Positions 27,598 through 40,736 are shown, counted from the first letter of the stretch. The stretch: DNA of 64,000 nt from Callorhinchus milii (GCF_018977255.1 NW_024704743.1:18602001-18666000), one strand, 5' to 3'. A program made the numbers and translations. The notes: generated by a model from the letters alone, not told the origin.

Positions 27598-29084
27598 AAT
27601 GCAAATGCATTGGAATTTGCATTTAAATGTGCTTGAGACAAAAGTTACCACCTTCCATTTGTTTTTAAATGTCTGAATAAAACATTTGAACTTAACTAAA
27701 TGCATGCGTAATACTTTCAAATGCTTCAATGAATACCTGATACTTCGGGTGACAGATGGCATTTCGTCACATCACAGACACAACACAGACACACTCATAT
27801 ATGGGTCACAATGCTTTTGTACCGCCTGTTGCATTCCCGTCTTATAAGCGGTATTCATTCCAACACGCGTGACACAACCAGCTGCAGTTCCCTCGTTTAG
27901 CGCTGCACGCATGATATTAATAATGTGTACCCGCTTCATCTGGTGCTGTAGAAAGAGTTTTCAATATTGCAAGGGAAGATATTTGGTCCAGAAGTAGGCT
28001 GCATTAGCGACCAGAATCTCTGTATGCAACTTTTTGTTAAATGCAATGAGTTTTGTGTCATTACATGTGATAATTTTGACATGTTTTATTTGTGTATTGC
28101 TTTTAGACACATGGATATGGTTTGCAATGTGTAATGGGTAGTTCTTTCAAGTAAATGCTTTTAAATGTGTCATTTTCTTCTGCCAAATAGAAAATGGCAC
28201 ATCAGCATGCAGTAAGATTGCGTTCATCCACATTTGAACCCAAGTCGGCATAGCTGTGACTGAACACCAACATTCCTAGTTAACGGCAATTGGATTTCTA
28301 CTTTTCTTAAAACTGCGCGAGTCTGTTTTAAATAAAATGTAAACTTGTAGTGCCGCTGGAGCAAAAAATTAGAGAGAAGCATGTCATGAATCATTCCTAG
28401 AATTCTCCCCAACCATGAGATTAGGCCAAGTATTTCCACGGCTGGACTGAAATAAACATAAAAAGACGCTGCAGTGAATTAGCACATTTGCCTTTTTCCT
28501 TTGTGAACTGTGCTTGAATCCAACCTACAATGATGGGATGAAAGTTTCTCTCTGCTCAGGTTACATCCCCCCACATGAAATGATTTTGGCCAGTCTCCAG
28601 CCAGCACTTCCCTGCCACAGCTCAGATTGGAAGCTAAACAGGTTGGAGAAATCAAACTGATGTTCTTCCATGCACTTACACTCCAAACTGGAGTCCTTTT
28701 AAATCTCGGGCTTTACCGATCTGCAATGTCTACTCGAGGCACAAGAGTTAGTATTGCAAGAGTTATAATTTCCTTCACACAAAGGGTGAGGTGATCAATT
28801 CCACTCCCCTGTAAGGTGGAAAAAATGTCCAGGTTTCTAAGATTGCCCATGCAGAATATCAAGCCATACCACTGGACTCAACTTAGCAGTTTGTCTGAAA
28901 ATACAGCGACATATAAACTTGAATGACAGGCAGCGCTGGGATGCTGATCTACTATCATTTGGCAAGCTCAGGAGGAAGGTATTATACAGTATGTTCTCTG
29001 CGTCAGTTACTGAGCTAATGTCCCAGGAGCCGTTTTTACATTACAATTATGCATAAAATTGGACAGATATTTGAGCATTAATAT

Positions 29085-29475
29085 AAAATAATACTAATCC
29101 TTGCATTTGTTATAATGCCTTATCACGTCTTCGAGACATCTCAAAGCTTTTCACAGAATATACTGTAAATGTGAATTGACTGCATATTTTGAGGGCGAAT
29201 CGTGACAGCCAATTGCACACAGCAGTGTCCCACAAACAGTCATAGACTGAGCGACCAAGCTAATATTATTTTATTTTATTATTTATTTTTGAAGGGATTA
29301 CTACCCCCTGAAAAGTGATCTACCATTCGACAAACAAACAGATTCCTACTTACTGCTAGGTATACAGAGGCGTGTGGCATAAGGAAACTTGCCTACAATT
29401 TCTCCCTGCCTGGGAATCGAACCCAGGTCATATCGCTTGTGAGTCGAGTGCTCTAACCACTAAGCTATAGGACTG
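29085..29475 (-). mobile_element. Long, older variant of the SINE with an extra internal segment of about 65 bp
   Basis: Extra segment at about 29302-29368, also present at about 13312-13362. Confidence 0.88.
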
Positions 29476-30241
29476 CAATATGATTAAATGACACCTATTA
29501 ATAGGTTGTATTTGTATCTCTTTGCTCTCAGCACTCTAGAAGAGCATGGCAGACATTTCTGTTGAAACCCACTGAATTATTTAGCAGACAATAAATGTTC
29601 TTTGTACCCTTACTTTCCTCTCTGCTTTTACTTTTTTGTTCATCTACGAGTGTTGCTTGATAAGACTCAACCTCGTGTACCCCAGAGTGTAAGAGGATCT
29701 GAGCTGCAAAAAGCTCCCCCTGTCAATGTACTGTATGTACTTCTGTCATCAAATAGTCACAAGGCTGCAAGACAAGATTGCAAGTCACATTTTTTTTGTC
29801 AACCAGGTGTCTGACACTTTCAAGAAACTCATCGCCATGCTTAGAGTATTCAAAGAAAACTGAGAACTCCACGCACCTCACCTCCTCATGGAAATTCCAG
29901 AGATAAATTGTTGGAATGGAATGCGCACTCTCTCCCTGGAGGGACGAATCTTGCTTACCTAATTCCGGAAAGTATCAGGCGCCGTTAGGCAGGAGCCAAG
30001 TTTGCAGCCCCCAGAATGTGCATTGGGGTACTGCTGGAGTCCAGCCAGCCAAAACTGCATAGCTTGCCATTCATAGCACTGTCTGGCAAGCTTTCCTGCT
30101 GCTTGTTCGGCTAGGACCTCCCCACCCGTTAGGACTTTGGCCTGCAGGGTTAACAGTAGCCGACAGGAATGACTCCCTGCCCCCATTGACTAGTCTGTCC
30201 TTCCAAATCCTGCCGATGAGCCAGATTGGCTGTGCTGTCAT

Positions 30242-30562
30242 AATAATAATAATAATCCTTGCATTTGATATAGCTCTTTTCACGTCGGGAGGACGTCCCA
30301 AAGCGCTTCACAGAACATACTGCAAAGTGAATTGACTGTATATTTGTGGGCGAACGCGGCAGCCAATTGCGCACAGCAATGTCCCACAAACAGTCGTAGA
30401 TTGAAAATGACCAATTAATTATTGTTTTTGGTTTTTGAAGGGATTATTATTAGGCGTGTGGAGTAAGGAAACTTGCCCAAGGTTTCGCCCTCTGCCTGGA
30501 ATTGAACTCAGGTCTTTCACTTGCAAACCGAGTGCTCTAACCACTGAGCTACAGGACTCCAC
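30242..30562 (-). mobile_element. Full-length young SINE
   Basis: Reverse complement of the family sequence. Confidence 0.95.
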
Positions 30563-32857
30563 ATCAGCAGTGCCCTGAAATACTACGGCTCAGGAACCGG
30601 ACTCAGAGACCACCACAGAGGACTGGCCGAATTCTGACATCCCATTGCCAAACATGTCACCTAGGAGCCAGTTCAGCTCAAAGGAGACCCTGCTTACCTC
30701 CCCCCCCCACCCCAGGAGGATAGTCAACAGTCACAATACCAAGGAAAACATATATTCCCCTTCCGCACGTGGAACGGCCATAGTTTATATAGTACTGGAC
30801 AATCCAGGGAGATTCTTTCTCCTAAATTAGTATCGTGTTCATTTCCAAATGAATTACAATTTTCTCACAACTACAAGTGCAGATAAGCAATAAAGTCTAC
30901 AAATAGAATAATTAGTGTCACACGTGTTTCTGCTCACACCTGTCAGCCCGGAGTAGATTTCTGCCCCCCAAATTAAATTGTTTCTCAACCAAAGTAAGAA
31001 AGTTGTGCCTTTGAAAAATCTCAGTACAAAAAAGATATCGTATGCAGTAATTTGGGGAAGGTTTTCAGACAGGTTTAGTTCTGCAAGAACCAGCAATGGC
31101 TTATTTCAGAAGTTCCATTTCAACTAAGAATAATTAATTGCAACATATACATCATCCTATCATAGTACTCTTTTTATGCGATTATCACAATGCATTTCCA
31201 ATGAAAATTAACATTTGTAGCACAGATGTGATCAGTCATATATGTATCTGTATCATTTTACATACTGTACCTGGTAAAATTACAATTAGTCACTTTATCA
31301 GGGCAGCAGTATCCCTTTAATGAAAAAAAGACACACAAAAGGCAACCTTTCATCCTACATGATGGTTTCTCCACATTTGTTATAATTTGAATGTGAGTTC
31401 AAAAACATTTTAGGTGATTGTTGCAACACAAATTTACATATATGTAAATATGTAATGTTTTTGGTACTTTTGTCCAAATCTGCAGAATCCCAGATTTATT
31501 GATAAACGTCTTCCTGTCTAATGAAAGATCTGCCATAATCTTCTTAAATAGGCTCCACTGGAGGCTGGAGTTGATTGATGGGCTTCTCCTGTTCCCATTG
31601 TCTGGAAGGATCCTATTTGAATCCTATTTGAAATGAGTTCTGGCAGTCACAAGCCTCACACAAAAACACTGATGTTATTTGACAACAGATTGAGAATCTT
31701 ACTCAGAGAAAATGGAAATACTGTATATCATGCTGTTGGGAGTAGAAAGATCTCTTCCTAGTTATGGTGGACTCCCTTTACTTAATTCCAGGAAGTATTG
31801 GAAGAAGCCAAGGCTTGGGGACTACAGAGAGTACCTTGACATACTTACTGCTGGACTTTAACCAGCTAAAGCCACATAGCTTGCCCCCACCTCACTCGCC
31901 TCCAGTTGGTATTGTAATTACACTTAACCAGAACATTTAGCCAGAAATTCTGGCTTCCCAGACCGGAACCCCTCCCCCATTGGTCCAGTCAGCCAGCATT
32001 TTAGTGTATATCCTGTGATGGGCTTTGAGGTGTCATCCCAACATAAAGGTGTTATATAAAATGTAAGGATTATTAATGTTATAAATAGCAGGTTCCAGGA
32101 ACTCCTTGCGAGCTTCTTCTCAGCTCAGCATGAACTACGTGAGAACATTGCTACTATACTTCCACCCACAGCTCGGATACACACCCCAAACCACTGAGTG
32201 ATGGCTTCACCAGTTGGGAGTGCAGAGTTTCAGCAGCAGCTGCTTAACTCTGCATACCAACCAAGGTAGGTACCAAGCCCTGATATATGAACCCGTGTTT
32301 ACGAACTGGACTCCAGGTAATGCCTTCTAACAGCTGTCGTCCCAAGCCTCAGAGATTCCTCATTAACTATTTGATAGACTATCTGCCTTCAGTGAGGTGG
32401 GAGGACCTTTGCAGACAGCCTCTAACATGCCAAACACTTTGATGCTCTCGAGGTCAAGTCCAATGATGCAATGTCCCAAGCTTACTCAGTACCAGCGTGA
32501 GGATGAATTGTATTAGAATAAAGCCATTGCTCATTCTATCGCACTTGAGAACAAGGGATGTTCTGATGAGTTTAAAGTTTATTGTTACTGAGCTCTCTTT
32601 CTGTGAGGGCAGTAGTGGTATCACCTTTTCAAAAGAGGAAGAGGGTTCAGAGAGAAGCGATAAGCACAACTCCAGGCTTTACAAGCTTGTAAAAGTTTTA
32701 AGAGAAGATTCAGAAACAGGAGTAAGTCTTTTAGTTCATTGAACTGTTTATTTTATTAGAAAGTGGCAAGTCTAATTTAATTTGCCTGTCTTTTGTCAAT
32801 ATCCCTTATTTCCTTATCCTTATTTCCATAACAATAGTAATCCTTGTATGTGACAAC

Positions 32858-33282
32858 AATAATTGTTGCATTTGATACAGTGCCTTATCATGTCATTGAG
32901 GTGTCTCAAAGCACTTCACAGCATTCTGTAAAGTGGATTGACTTTGTATTTTGTGGGCGAAACCCAGCAGCCGATTGTACACAGACAGCCATGGAGTGAG
33001 TGATGAATTTTATTTGGGGGATTGGCAAGGACTCTGGGAGAAACTCCCTTCTCTTTTCAAATACCTGTAGTCCCATGGGATCTTTAACATCCACCGGAAC
33101 AAGCAGACGGGATCTTGGTTTAACATTTCATCTGAAGGATGGCACCTCCAATAACACGACGCACCCCAGCACTGCATTGGAGTGTCATCTTAGACTATGT
33201 GATGCCTAGTCCCGAAATGGGCGTTGAATCCACAACCTTCTGACTCAGAGGCGAGAGTGCTACAACTGCGTCAGACTGAGGC
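32858..33282 (-). mobile_element. Old Deu-domain SINE (SacSINE1/AmnSINE1-like)
   Basis: Head GCACTCTCGCCTCTGAGTCAGAAGGTTGTGG and Deu core GGAGGTGCC..CCTTCAGATGA..GTTAAACC..GGATGTTAAAGATCCCATGG. Family recognised from memory, not by search. Confidence 0.8.
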
Positions 33283-33324
33283 ACGATTAAATACATGTGA
33301 TCCAGTGATTTATCATGTTGAATG

Positions 33325-34437
33325 TCAACAAGACTGAGCCCTCTTGCTTGGTTCCCTGCTTTGCGCCTCCACACCTCAGGTGCTGACAGCATCACCATCC
33401 ACAGATGCACAGTCCACTTCGCTGAGTACAGAACCTTGGCATCGTGGAATCCTGTAGCTCAGTGGTTAGAGCACTCGCTTTGCAAGTGAGAGACCTGAGT
33501 TCAATTCCAGGCAGAGGGCGAAACCTTGGGCAAGTTTCCTTACTCCACACGCCTAATAATAATCCCTCCAAAACTAAAAACAATAATTAAATTGGTCATT
33601 TTCAATCTACGACTGTTTGTGGGACATTGCTGTGCGCAATTGGCTGCCACGTTCTCCCACAAATATACAGTCAATTCACTTTACAGTGTGTTCTGTGAAG
33701 CGCTTTGGGACGTCCTCCCGACGTGAAAAGCGCTATATCAAATGCAAGGATTATTATTATTATCATTATATTATTATTATCTTATTTGACCCTCAACTAT
33801 CCTTTCTACATCACATCCATGCCATGACCCGCTCTGCCTTCCCCATCTCCGCAAGATCGCCCGACTCTGCCACTGTCTCACACCTCAGGCCGCTGAGACC
33901 CTCATCCACGCATTCATCACATCCAGGCTCGACTCCTCTAACTCCCTGCTGGTCGGACTTCCCAACTCTTCCCCCCACAAGCTGAAGATCATTTAGAACT
34001 CTGCAGCTCATGTTTTCTCCCACACCAGACTCTGTGACCCTATCACCCCCATCCTCGACTGGCTCCACTGGCTCCCCATCTCCCAGATGATAGACTTCAA
34101 AATTCTCATCCTTGCCTTCAAAGCCCTCCACAGCTTTGCTCCTTCCTAACTCTATGACATGGTAACTCCATATAGACCTGTCCACTCCCTCTACTCAGTG
34201 GGCTCCAGCCTTAAGACTCTCTGCCCCACCCTTTGGAATTCCATCCCAGTCCACTCGATCCCTCCCTTACCTCCTTCAAGGCCCATCTCAAGATGCTTTG
34301 ATCGCAGCTTTGGTCACCCTCCTACGACCGTCCTTCCTGCTCTTCACCCCTCCTGATCCCAACTGCTTGACTGTCCAGTGGTTTGGGACATCCTCCTGAC
34401 ATAAAATGTGCTATACAAATGTAATTTGTTGCTGTTC
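33325..34437 (+). mobile_element. L2 3' fragment interrupted by a young SINE (33444-33778)
   Basis: Colinear with 54015-54887 once the SINE is removed. Confidence 0.88.
33444..33778 (+). mobile_element. Full-length young SINE
   Basis: Near-identical to 56934-57256. Confidence 0.95.
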
Positions 34438-34479
34438 TTGAAACATTTAAATGTGCTTCACTGAGTTTTTCTGTAACTT

Positions 34480-35600
34480 ATAGGGCAGATAGGTGGTAGA
34501 TGAAACTTAATCTAGAGAAACTTGAAGTGATTCACTTTGATAGGAAAAATAAAGAAGCCAACTGTAGCCAGGATTACAGTGATCTGAGAGGATTACAGAG
34601 GGATCTAGGGATTCTGATTCATAGGACTCTAAAAATAGCAGCTAAGGTGGACAAACCCATAAAGATTGCAAACAGAATCATTGATTTTATCTCGAGAGGA
34701 ATAAAGTATAAAAGTACGTAATGTTAAGTTTATATAAAACCTTGGGTGGATCACATTTGGAGGACTGTTCATTGTTCTGGTCATCATATTACAGAAAACA
34801 ATATTGTAGAATTGGAGGAAATCCAGTGAAAGAATGTTACCAGGGATGAATGGATGTAGGTGTCAAGAAAGATTGGATAGGTTGCAGCTTTTCTCTCTAG
34901 TTGAGATAGTTGAGAACCATTAGAGATTGTTCCGTTTGCGAAAAAATTCAATAAGGTGGATGTTGACAGTATCACCAACAAATGGCTGCAAAGCCACTTG
35001 TCAGTCAGACCATAACTAGCGGGCATAAATATAATAGTTATAATAATAATAATAATCCTTGCATTTGATATAGCGCTTTTCACGTCGGGAGGACGTCCCA
35101 AAGCGCTTCACAGAATATACTGTAAAGTGAGTTGACTGTATATTTGTGGGCGAACGCGGCAGCCAATTGCGCACAGCAATGTCCCACAAACAGTCGTAGA
35201 TTGAAAATGACCAATTTAATTATTGTTTTTGTTTTTTGGAGGGATTATTATTAGGCGTGTGGAGTAAGGAAACTTGCCCAAGGTTTCGCCCTCTGCCTGG
35301 AATTGAACTCAGGTCTCTCACTTGCAAAGCGAGTGCTCTAACCACTGAGCTACAGGACTCCACTTAGTACTAGATGCAATTGGGAGTTTAAGAGGAACAT
35401 CTTCATGCAGAGCCTGGTGAGAATTTGGAACTCATTGCCATAAGCCGTAGTTGATGCTAATAACATTAATGTATTTATGTTATTAGAAAATGGCAAGTCT
35501 TATAATCTCATTTGCCTGTCTTTTGTTATCAGACACCGACACAGCCTAATTGATCCAAATGGCCTGTTTCCTTGCAGTATCACTTTACGTAACTCTATAT
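34480..35600 (+). mobile_element. Decayed CR1-clade LINE 3' fragment interrupted by a SINE
   Basis: MKLNLEKLEVIHFDRKN...QRDLGILIH..LK...KIANRIIDFISRGIKYKS, typical of the CR1 ORF2 C-terminal region. Confidence 0.8.
35041..35363 (-). mobile_element. Full-length young SINE nested in a CR1 fragment
   Basis: Reverse complement of the family sequence, with CR1-like sequence on both flanks. Confidence 0.95.
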
Positions 35601-36049
35601 GCAGTGACTTTGAATTTGTAGGGAATCATGGCAACCAATTTGCACACAGAAATGTCCATTAACATGCTTGAAGTGAATGATCAATTTCATCTGGGGGAAA
35701 TGGTTTGAAGGTATTCACAATAGGGATTATTGGCCAAAACACTAGAAGAAACCCTCCTTCACTTTTCAAATAGTGACATGGGATGTTTAACATTCACCTG
35801 AACAGGCAGATGAGACCTTGTTTTAATGTCTCATCCGAAGGATAGCACCTCTGACAATGTAGCTCCCAGGAATCCTTCAGTGTGTCAGTCGAGACTTTCC
35901 CACTCAACTTTGACATCTTTATTGGGATGTAAATATCCCAATCAACTTGGTGACCATATCCTTCTGGTTGCAGTGCATTCTGCATTCCAACAACCCTTTA
36001 GATGAAGAAATGTGATGTGATCCAAACTCTAACTGGTTTAGTTCTGATT

Positions 36050-36376
36050 ATAATGATGATAATAATAATAATAATAATTGCATTTGAATTGGCGCTTTTC
36101 ACGTCTTCTAGACGTCCCAAAGCGCTTCACAGATTATACTGTAAAGTGAATTGACTGTATATTTGTGGGCGAACGCGGCAGCCAATTGCGCACAGCAATG
36201 TCCCACAAACAGTCGTGGATTGAAAATGACCAATTTATTATTGTTTTTGATTTTGGAGGGATTATTATTAGGCGTGTTCAGTAAGGAAACTTGCCCAAGG
36301 TTTCGCCCTTCCTGGAATTGAACTCAGGTCTCTCGCTTGCAAAGCGAGTGCTCTAACCACTGAGCTACAGGACTCC
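36050..36376 (-). mobile_element. Near full-length SINE with TAGAA-loop tail
   Basis: Family similarity over its whole length. Confidence 0.93.
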
Positions 36377-37033
36377 TAATATGATGATATTATATAAGAT
36401 GATCAAGACATAAATTTATTTTCTTAGAGAAAAGGAGATTAAGGAAGGGATGATCCAACTCCTTTCAAAGAGGCAAAGATGATGCATGACTTTGACAATG
36501 AGTAGACAGTATGAATAGATTTAAGTTTTTAAAAAATGTAAACAGAATTTTAGATAACAAAGATTTTTTTCGCCACAGATTAGTGTACATGTGGATTTGA
36601 CTCCTTTACATTGATTAACTCCTTCAACTCTTTTACGTCAGCCTGGCTCAATTATCAGAAGGTATAGTTTCAAGCCCCACTTTGGGACTTTGAATTCATA
36701 TAGACTAGGCCAGTGCAGTGCTGTCTGTGCATAGTCACTACACTTTACAGTATGTTCTGTGAACCGCTTTGAATGGGAATAGATAAATATTCCAGAATTA
36801 TCTTTTGCAAACAGGGACTATATTGATGCAATATTTTCCTCCCAACAAATAGAGTGAATGGGATTAAAACCATGATGGGGAAGATTTCAGCACATAAGCT
36901 ATTAGATTCTGTTGAGTATTTGCTCATCTTAGCCTTCACCAGTCCCTTTATCCATCTGGAAAGTTTCGAAGCAGGTGCTTACTCATTTGGTCTCTCTCAT
37001 GTTCTTCTGGTGCATCATAACCCAGGTATTTGG

Positions 37034-37760
37034 CAACAACAACATGCATTTATAAAACGCCCCTCACGCAGGGTGGCATCCCAGAACACAGGGTAGCGTC
37101 CCAGAACAGTGGCAGAGCATGAGGCCGAGCCGGTGGGAGGTGACCGTAGGCACAGTCGAATAGGAAGTTCTTCGGGCGCAACTTGAAGTTGGGGAAGGAA
37201 GGAGGCAAGGCGGACGGTTAGAGGAAGAGTGTTCCAGAGTTCTGGGGCATAGTGTCTAAAAGTGCAGCCACTAATGGTGGAATGGAGGGCACCAGGGACT
37301 TGCAGAAGGCCAGAGCCAGTCGAGTGGAGGCAGTGGTTTGTGTTTGGGGGTTAAGCAGGCTGGAGATATAAGGAGGCGTCAGGGCATGAAGGGATTTGCC
37401 AGGCCAACGAATGTGAGGATCTTGAAATTGATCCGTTCGGTGATAGGGAGCCAGTTGAGCCTGGCAGGAACTGGTGTGATAGAGGTGTGGAGTTTACTGC
37501 AGGTGAGTATGCAGGTGGCACAGTTTTGGATCAGCTGAATCCTGTGCATAGTGGAGCTGGGGAGACCGGCAAAGAGGACATTTGAGAAGGCGAGTCAGGA
37601 GGTGACGAACGCACGGATGAATTTTTCAGCTGCATCTGGGGTAAGGTACAGTCTAAGGCGGGCAATGTGGCGGAGGTGGTGGAAGGCGGTCCGAGCCAGG
37701 GACCGGATGTGGGGAAGGAAGGGCAGCTGAGGGTCGAACCCAACCCTAGCTTGTGCACTG
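37034..37760 (-). mobile_element. L2 3' fragment
   Basis: Reverse-complement similarity to 54130-54887, with (AAC)n tail at about 37034. Confidence 0.8.
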
Positions 37761-39280
37761 GTTCAGTAAGACATATTCTCCCCATTCTAAGTCAACCAGG
37801 GATAATTCTGTTCATGATCTCATGAATCTGTAGATAGACCAAAGCTCACAGTAATTATTTCTAATGAGTTTGTGATTTGCTAAGGTTCACCTTAGTTTTG
37901 AGGCCACTTCTGTCTGGTTGAATCTGTTACAAGATAAGAGAAACTGGAAAGCCATTTACTGACCGTTAAGAATGATTATAGCCACACTTACTGCATGAAC
38001 ACTCCCTCTGCTCAGCCCGATTCATGCCTCTGCCTGGATATTTGGGGAGCAACGTTTCAGCCACTCTTTGCTCCTTCGTCTCTGCTTTCAAACCCTGCCT
38101 GACTGTATCTTCCTTTCTGATTGTACCTTCGGCCAGCTCCCTAGCTTCTTAACAGCTTGAGCTCCCGCTCAACCTTTGTAAAGGGCTTGGACATATTCTC
38201 CCAACATTAAAGGTGTTACATAAATGTAAATTATTGATGCATATTGGAAGGGGGCAAAAGGGAAAATTGCACAGTGGATTTTTCCCCAGTATTAATATGC
38301 GTCTTGCCTTCCTGTCAATAAGAGTTGTATGAAAATAAACATCAAAAGATCCCCCTATTCCTCTCTGACATCTGGGAAATCTATACGCAATGGGCTTAAC
38401 TCGTCAGAGAGTTTTGCTGAGAACTGATAACAAAGGACACGACATTGTGATACTTGTGCATTATTCATCGACCAGATGATGGCTTGGTCAAAGAAATGAA
38501 AAATGAAAATCTTAAATGATTCCTTAATTACACTAGCTATAACATCTAGGGAATGAGTCCAAACAGTGCAATGATGAGGCACACACTCCTTCGTTTGGAG
38601 AATTGACTCTGATGGCCCTATTGGCACCCTTGAGACAAATGCACAAGATCAAATAGTAGATTGCACCTTCTCCAGCCTTTCTCCCTTTCCCTTCAAATCT
38701 ATTCCAAGGGAGCACTTTCCTCAAGCTGTTTCTTGTGGAGGTACATTATATTACCTATAAATTAGATGTGAAACACTTTGAGAAATTCTCTTGGCTTGAA
38801 CAAAGCTATATCAAACGTAGGGTTTGTTTATTTATTTTTTAGATTCCGTTCATTTCATCAACAACGAGATATATTTAATGTCTCCAAATGTTTGATAAGA
38901 ACCGGGTTGGACACCAAGGAAGGGGGGGTGGAGGGAAGGGGGGTGGCCATAGGTGCATTCAAAGAAATTGCAAACTCATTTACTCTAATCTTTTGGTCAC
39001 CTTGTCACTGCAAAATAGGAAGCATTTCTTCACACAAAGTGTTATATTATTATTATTATTGTGAAGAGGTGGAATGTTCTGCAATAGGAAGCTTTAGAGA
39101 TGGAATCTGTAGTGATGTTTTAAAAGAGAGCTAGACCAATAGTTGGTCAGTGGCAGGAGAGATAAGTTAACACTTGGGTACTTGGCTCCCACCCCAGGCT
39201 CGGGTGCCTGGCAGTACTGTTAAGCTCTTTGGAGCATCCTCCTGATGTGAAAGGCATAAACATAAAATTGTACTGTATTC

Positions 39281-39617
39281 TATAATAATAATATAATAAT
39301 AATAATAATCCTTGCATTTGATATAGCGCTTTTCACGTCGGGAGGACGTCCCAAAGCGCTTCACAGAACACACTGTAAAGTGAATTGACTGTATATTTGT
39401 GGGCGAACGCGGCAGCCAATTGCGCACAGCAATGTCCCACAAACAGTCATATGGATTGAAAATGACCAATTTAATTATTGTTTTTGGTTTTTTGGAGGGA
39501 TTAGTATTAGGCGTGTGGAGTAAGGAAACTTGCCCAAGGTTTCGCCCTGCCTGGAATTGAACTCAGATCTCTCACTTGCAAAGCGAGTGCTCTAACCACT
39601 GAGCTACAGGACTCCAC
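39281..39617 (-). mobile_element. Full-length young SINE
   Basis: Reverse complement of the family sequence. Confidence 0.95.
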
Positions 39618-40470
39618 GAGGTATAGAGGTATAGAGGTATAAAGAGGTATAGAGATAAATTTTAAATTAAAACTTTACATTTGATACAGTGCCTTTCATG
39701 TCGGGGCTGACGTTTCAAAATGCTACACAGGATGGCCACGAAGTGAATGATCCTGGCTCATTGGCAGCAATGCAATTGGAGATGCAGAACAATCGCTGGA
39801 GACAGGATTTCCTCCCACTTATCTCCTGCTGATCCTTCTGCTGATGGAATTCAAACTGAGTCAAAGTCGATATCCCTGGCCACTGAAGGCCAGCAAGTAC
39901 GATGAGAGAGGGGTGGGCACAGGCTGGAGAGTGGGCCAGAAGGAATCTACACGTACACGGCTCCGAGGAAAAACATTTCTGTTTCGGGCCTGGTCCAGTT
40001 AGGTATGAATTCCGGGGTTTACGGAATTATTTGAGTTCTATTTACTACTCCAAAAGCAGATAGAAGCAGGATGATCCTGGTGATCTGATTACTTCTGTGA
40101 ACATCAAGCCTAATGGTGCAGTTATAATAAAGGCACTGTTTTGACACATTGCAGTACACCTAATCGAGCAGAGAGATTGACGTTATACTGCCAGTCCCAC
40201 ATCTCTTTCATCCTGAGCTCAGTGCAAGGAAAACAAACTCTTAAGCATGGGCACTGAAGCATATACGCAGAGCTCCACTACTGAGGCTGAATGCTGATTT
40301 CTTTTAATATCACTATAAAGAGCCAGATACTCCCTCAACTTTTAATAATGTTCAAGCCTTAGGAACAGGTTTAGTTATTCCGGAGCACATGGAGAGAGCC
40401 TAAACAGTATGAGGCTATCCCTCAAAGAATTGCCCACTGCTTGATTAAATTAGGTCCTGGGCTTTTAAGG

Positions 40471-40736
40471 ATAATAATAATAATAATAATCCTTGCATTT
40501 GATATAGCGCTTTTCACGTCGGGAGGACGTCCCAAAGCGCTTCACAGAACATACTGCAAAGTGAATTGACTGTATATTTGTGGGCGAACGCGGCAGCCAA
40601 TTGCGCACAGCAATGTCCCACAAACAGTCGTAGATTGAAAATGACCAATTAATTATTGTTTTTGGTTTTTGAAGGGATTATTATTAGGCGTGTGGAGTAA
40701 GGAAACTTGCCAAAGGTTTCGCCCTCTGCCTGGAAT
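40471..40736 (-). mobile_element. 5'-truncated young SINE
   Basis: Nearly identical to 30242-30505 and lacks the tRNA head. Confidence 0.93.
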
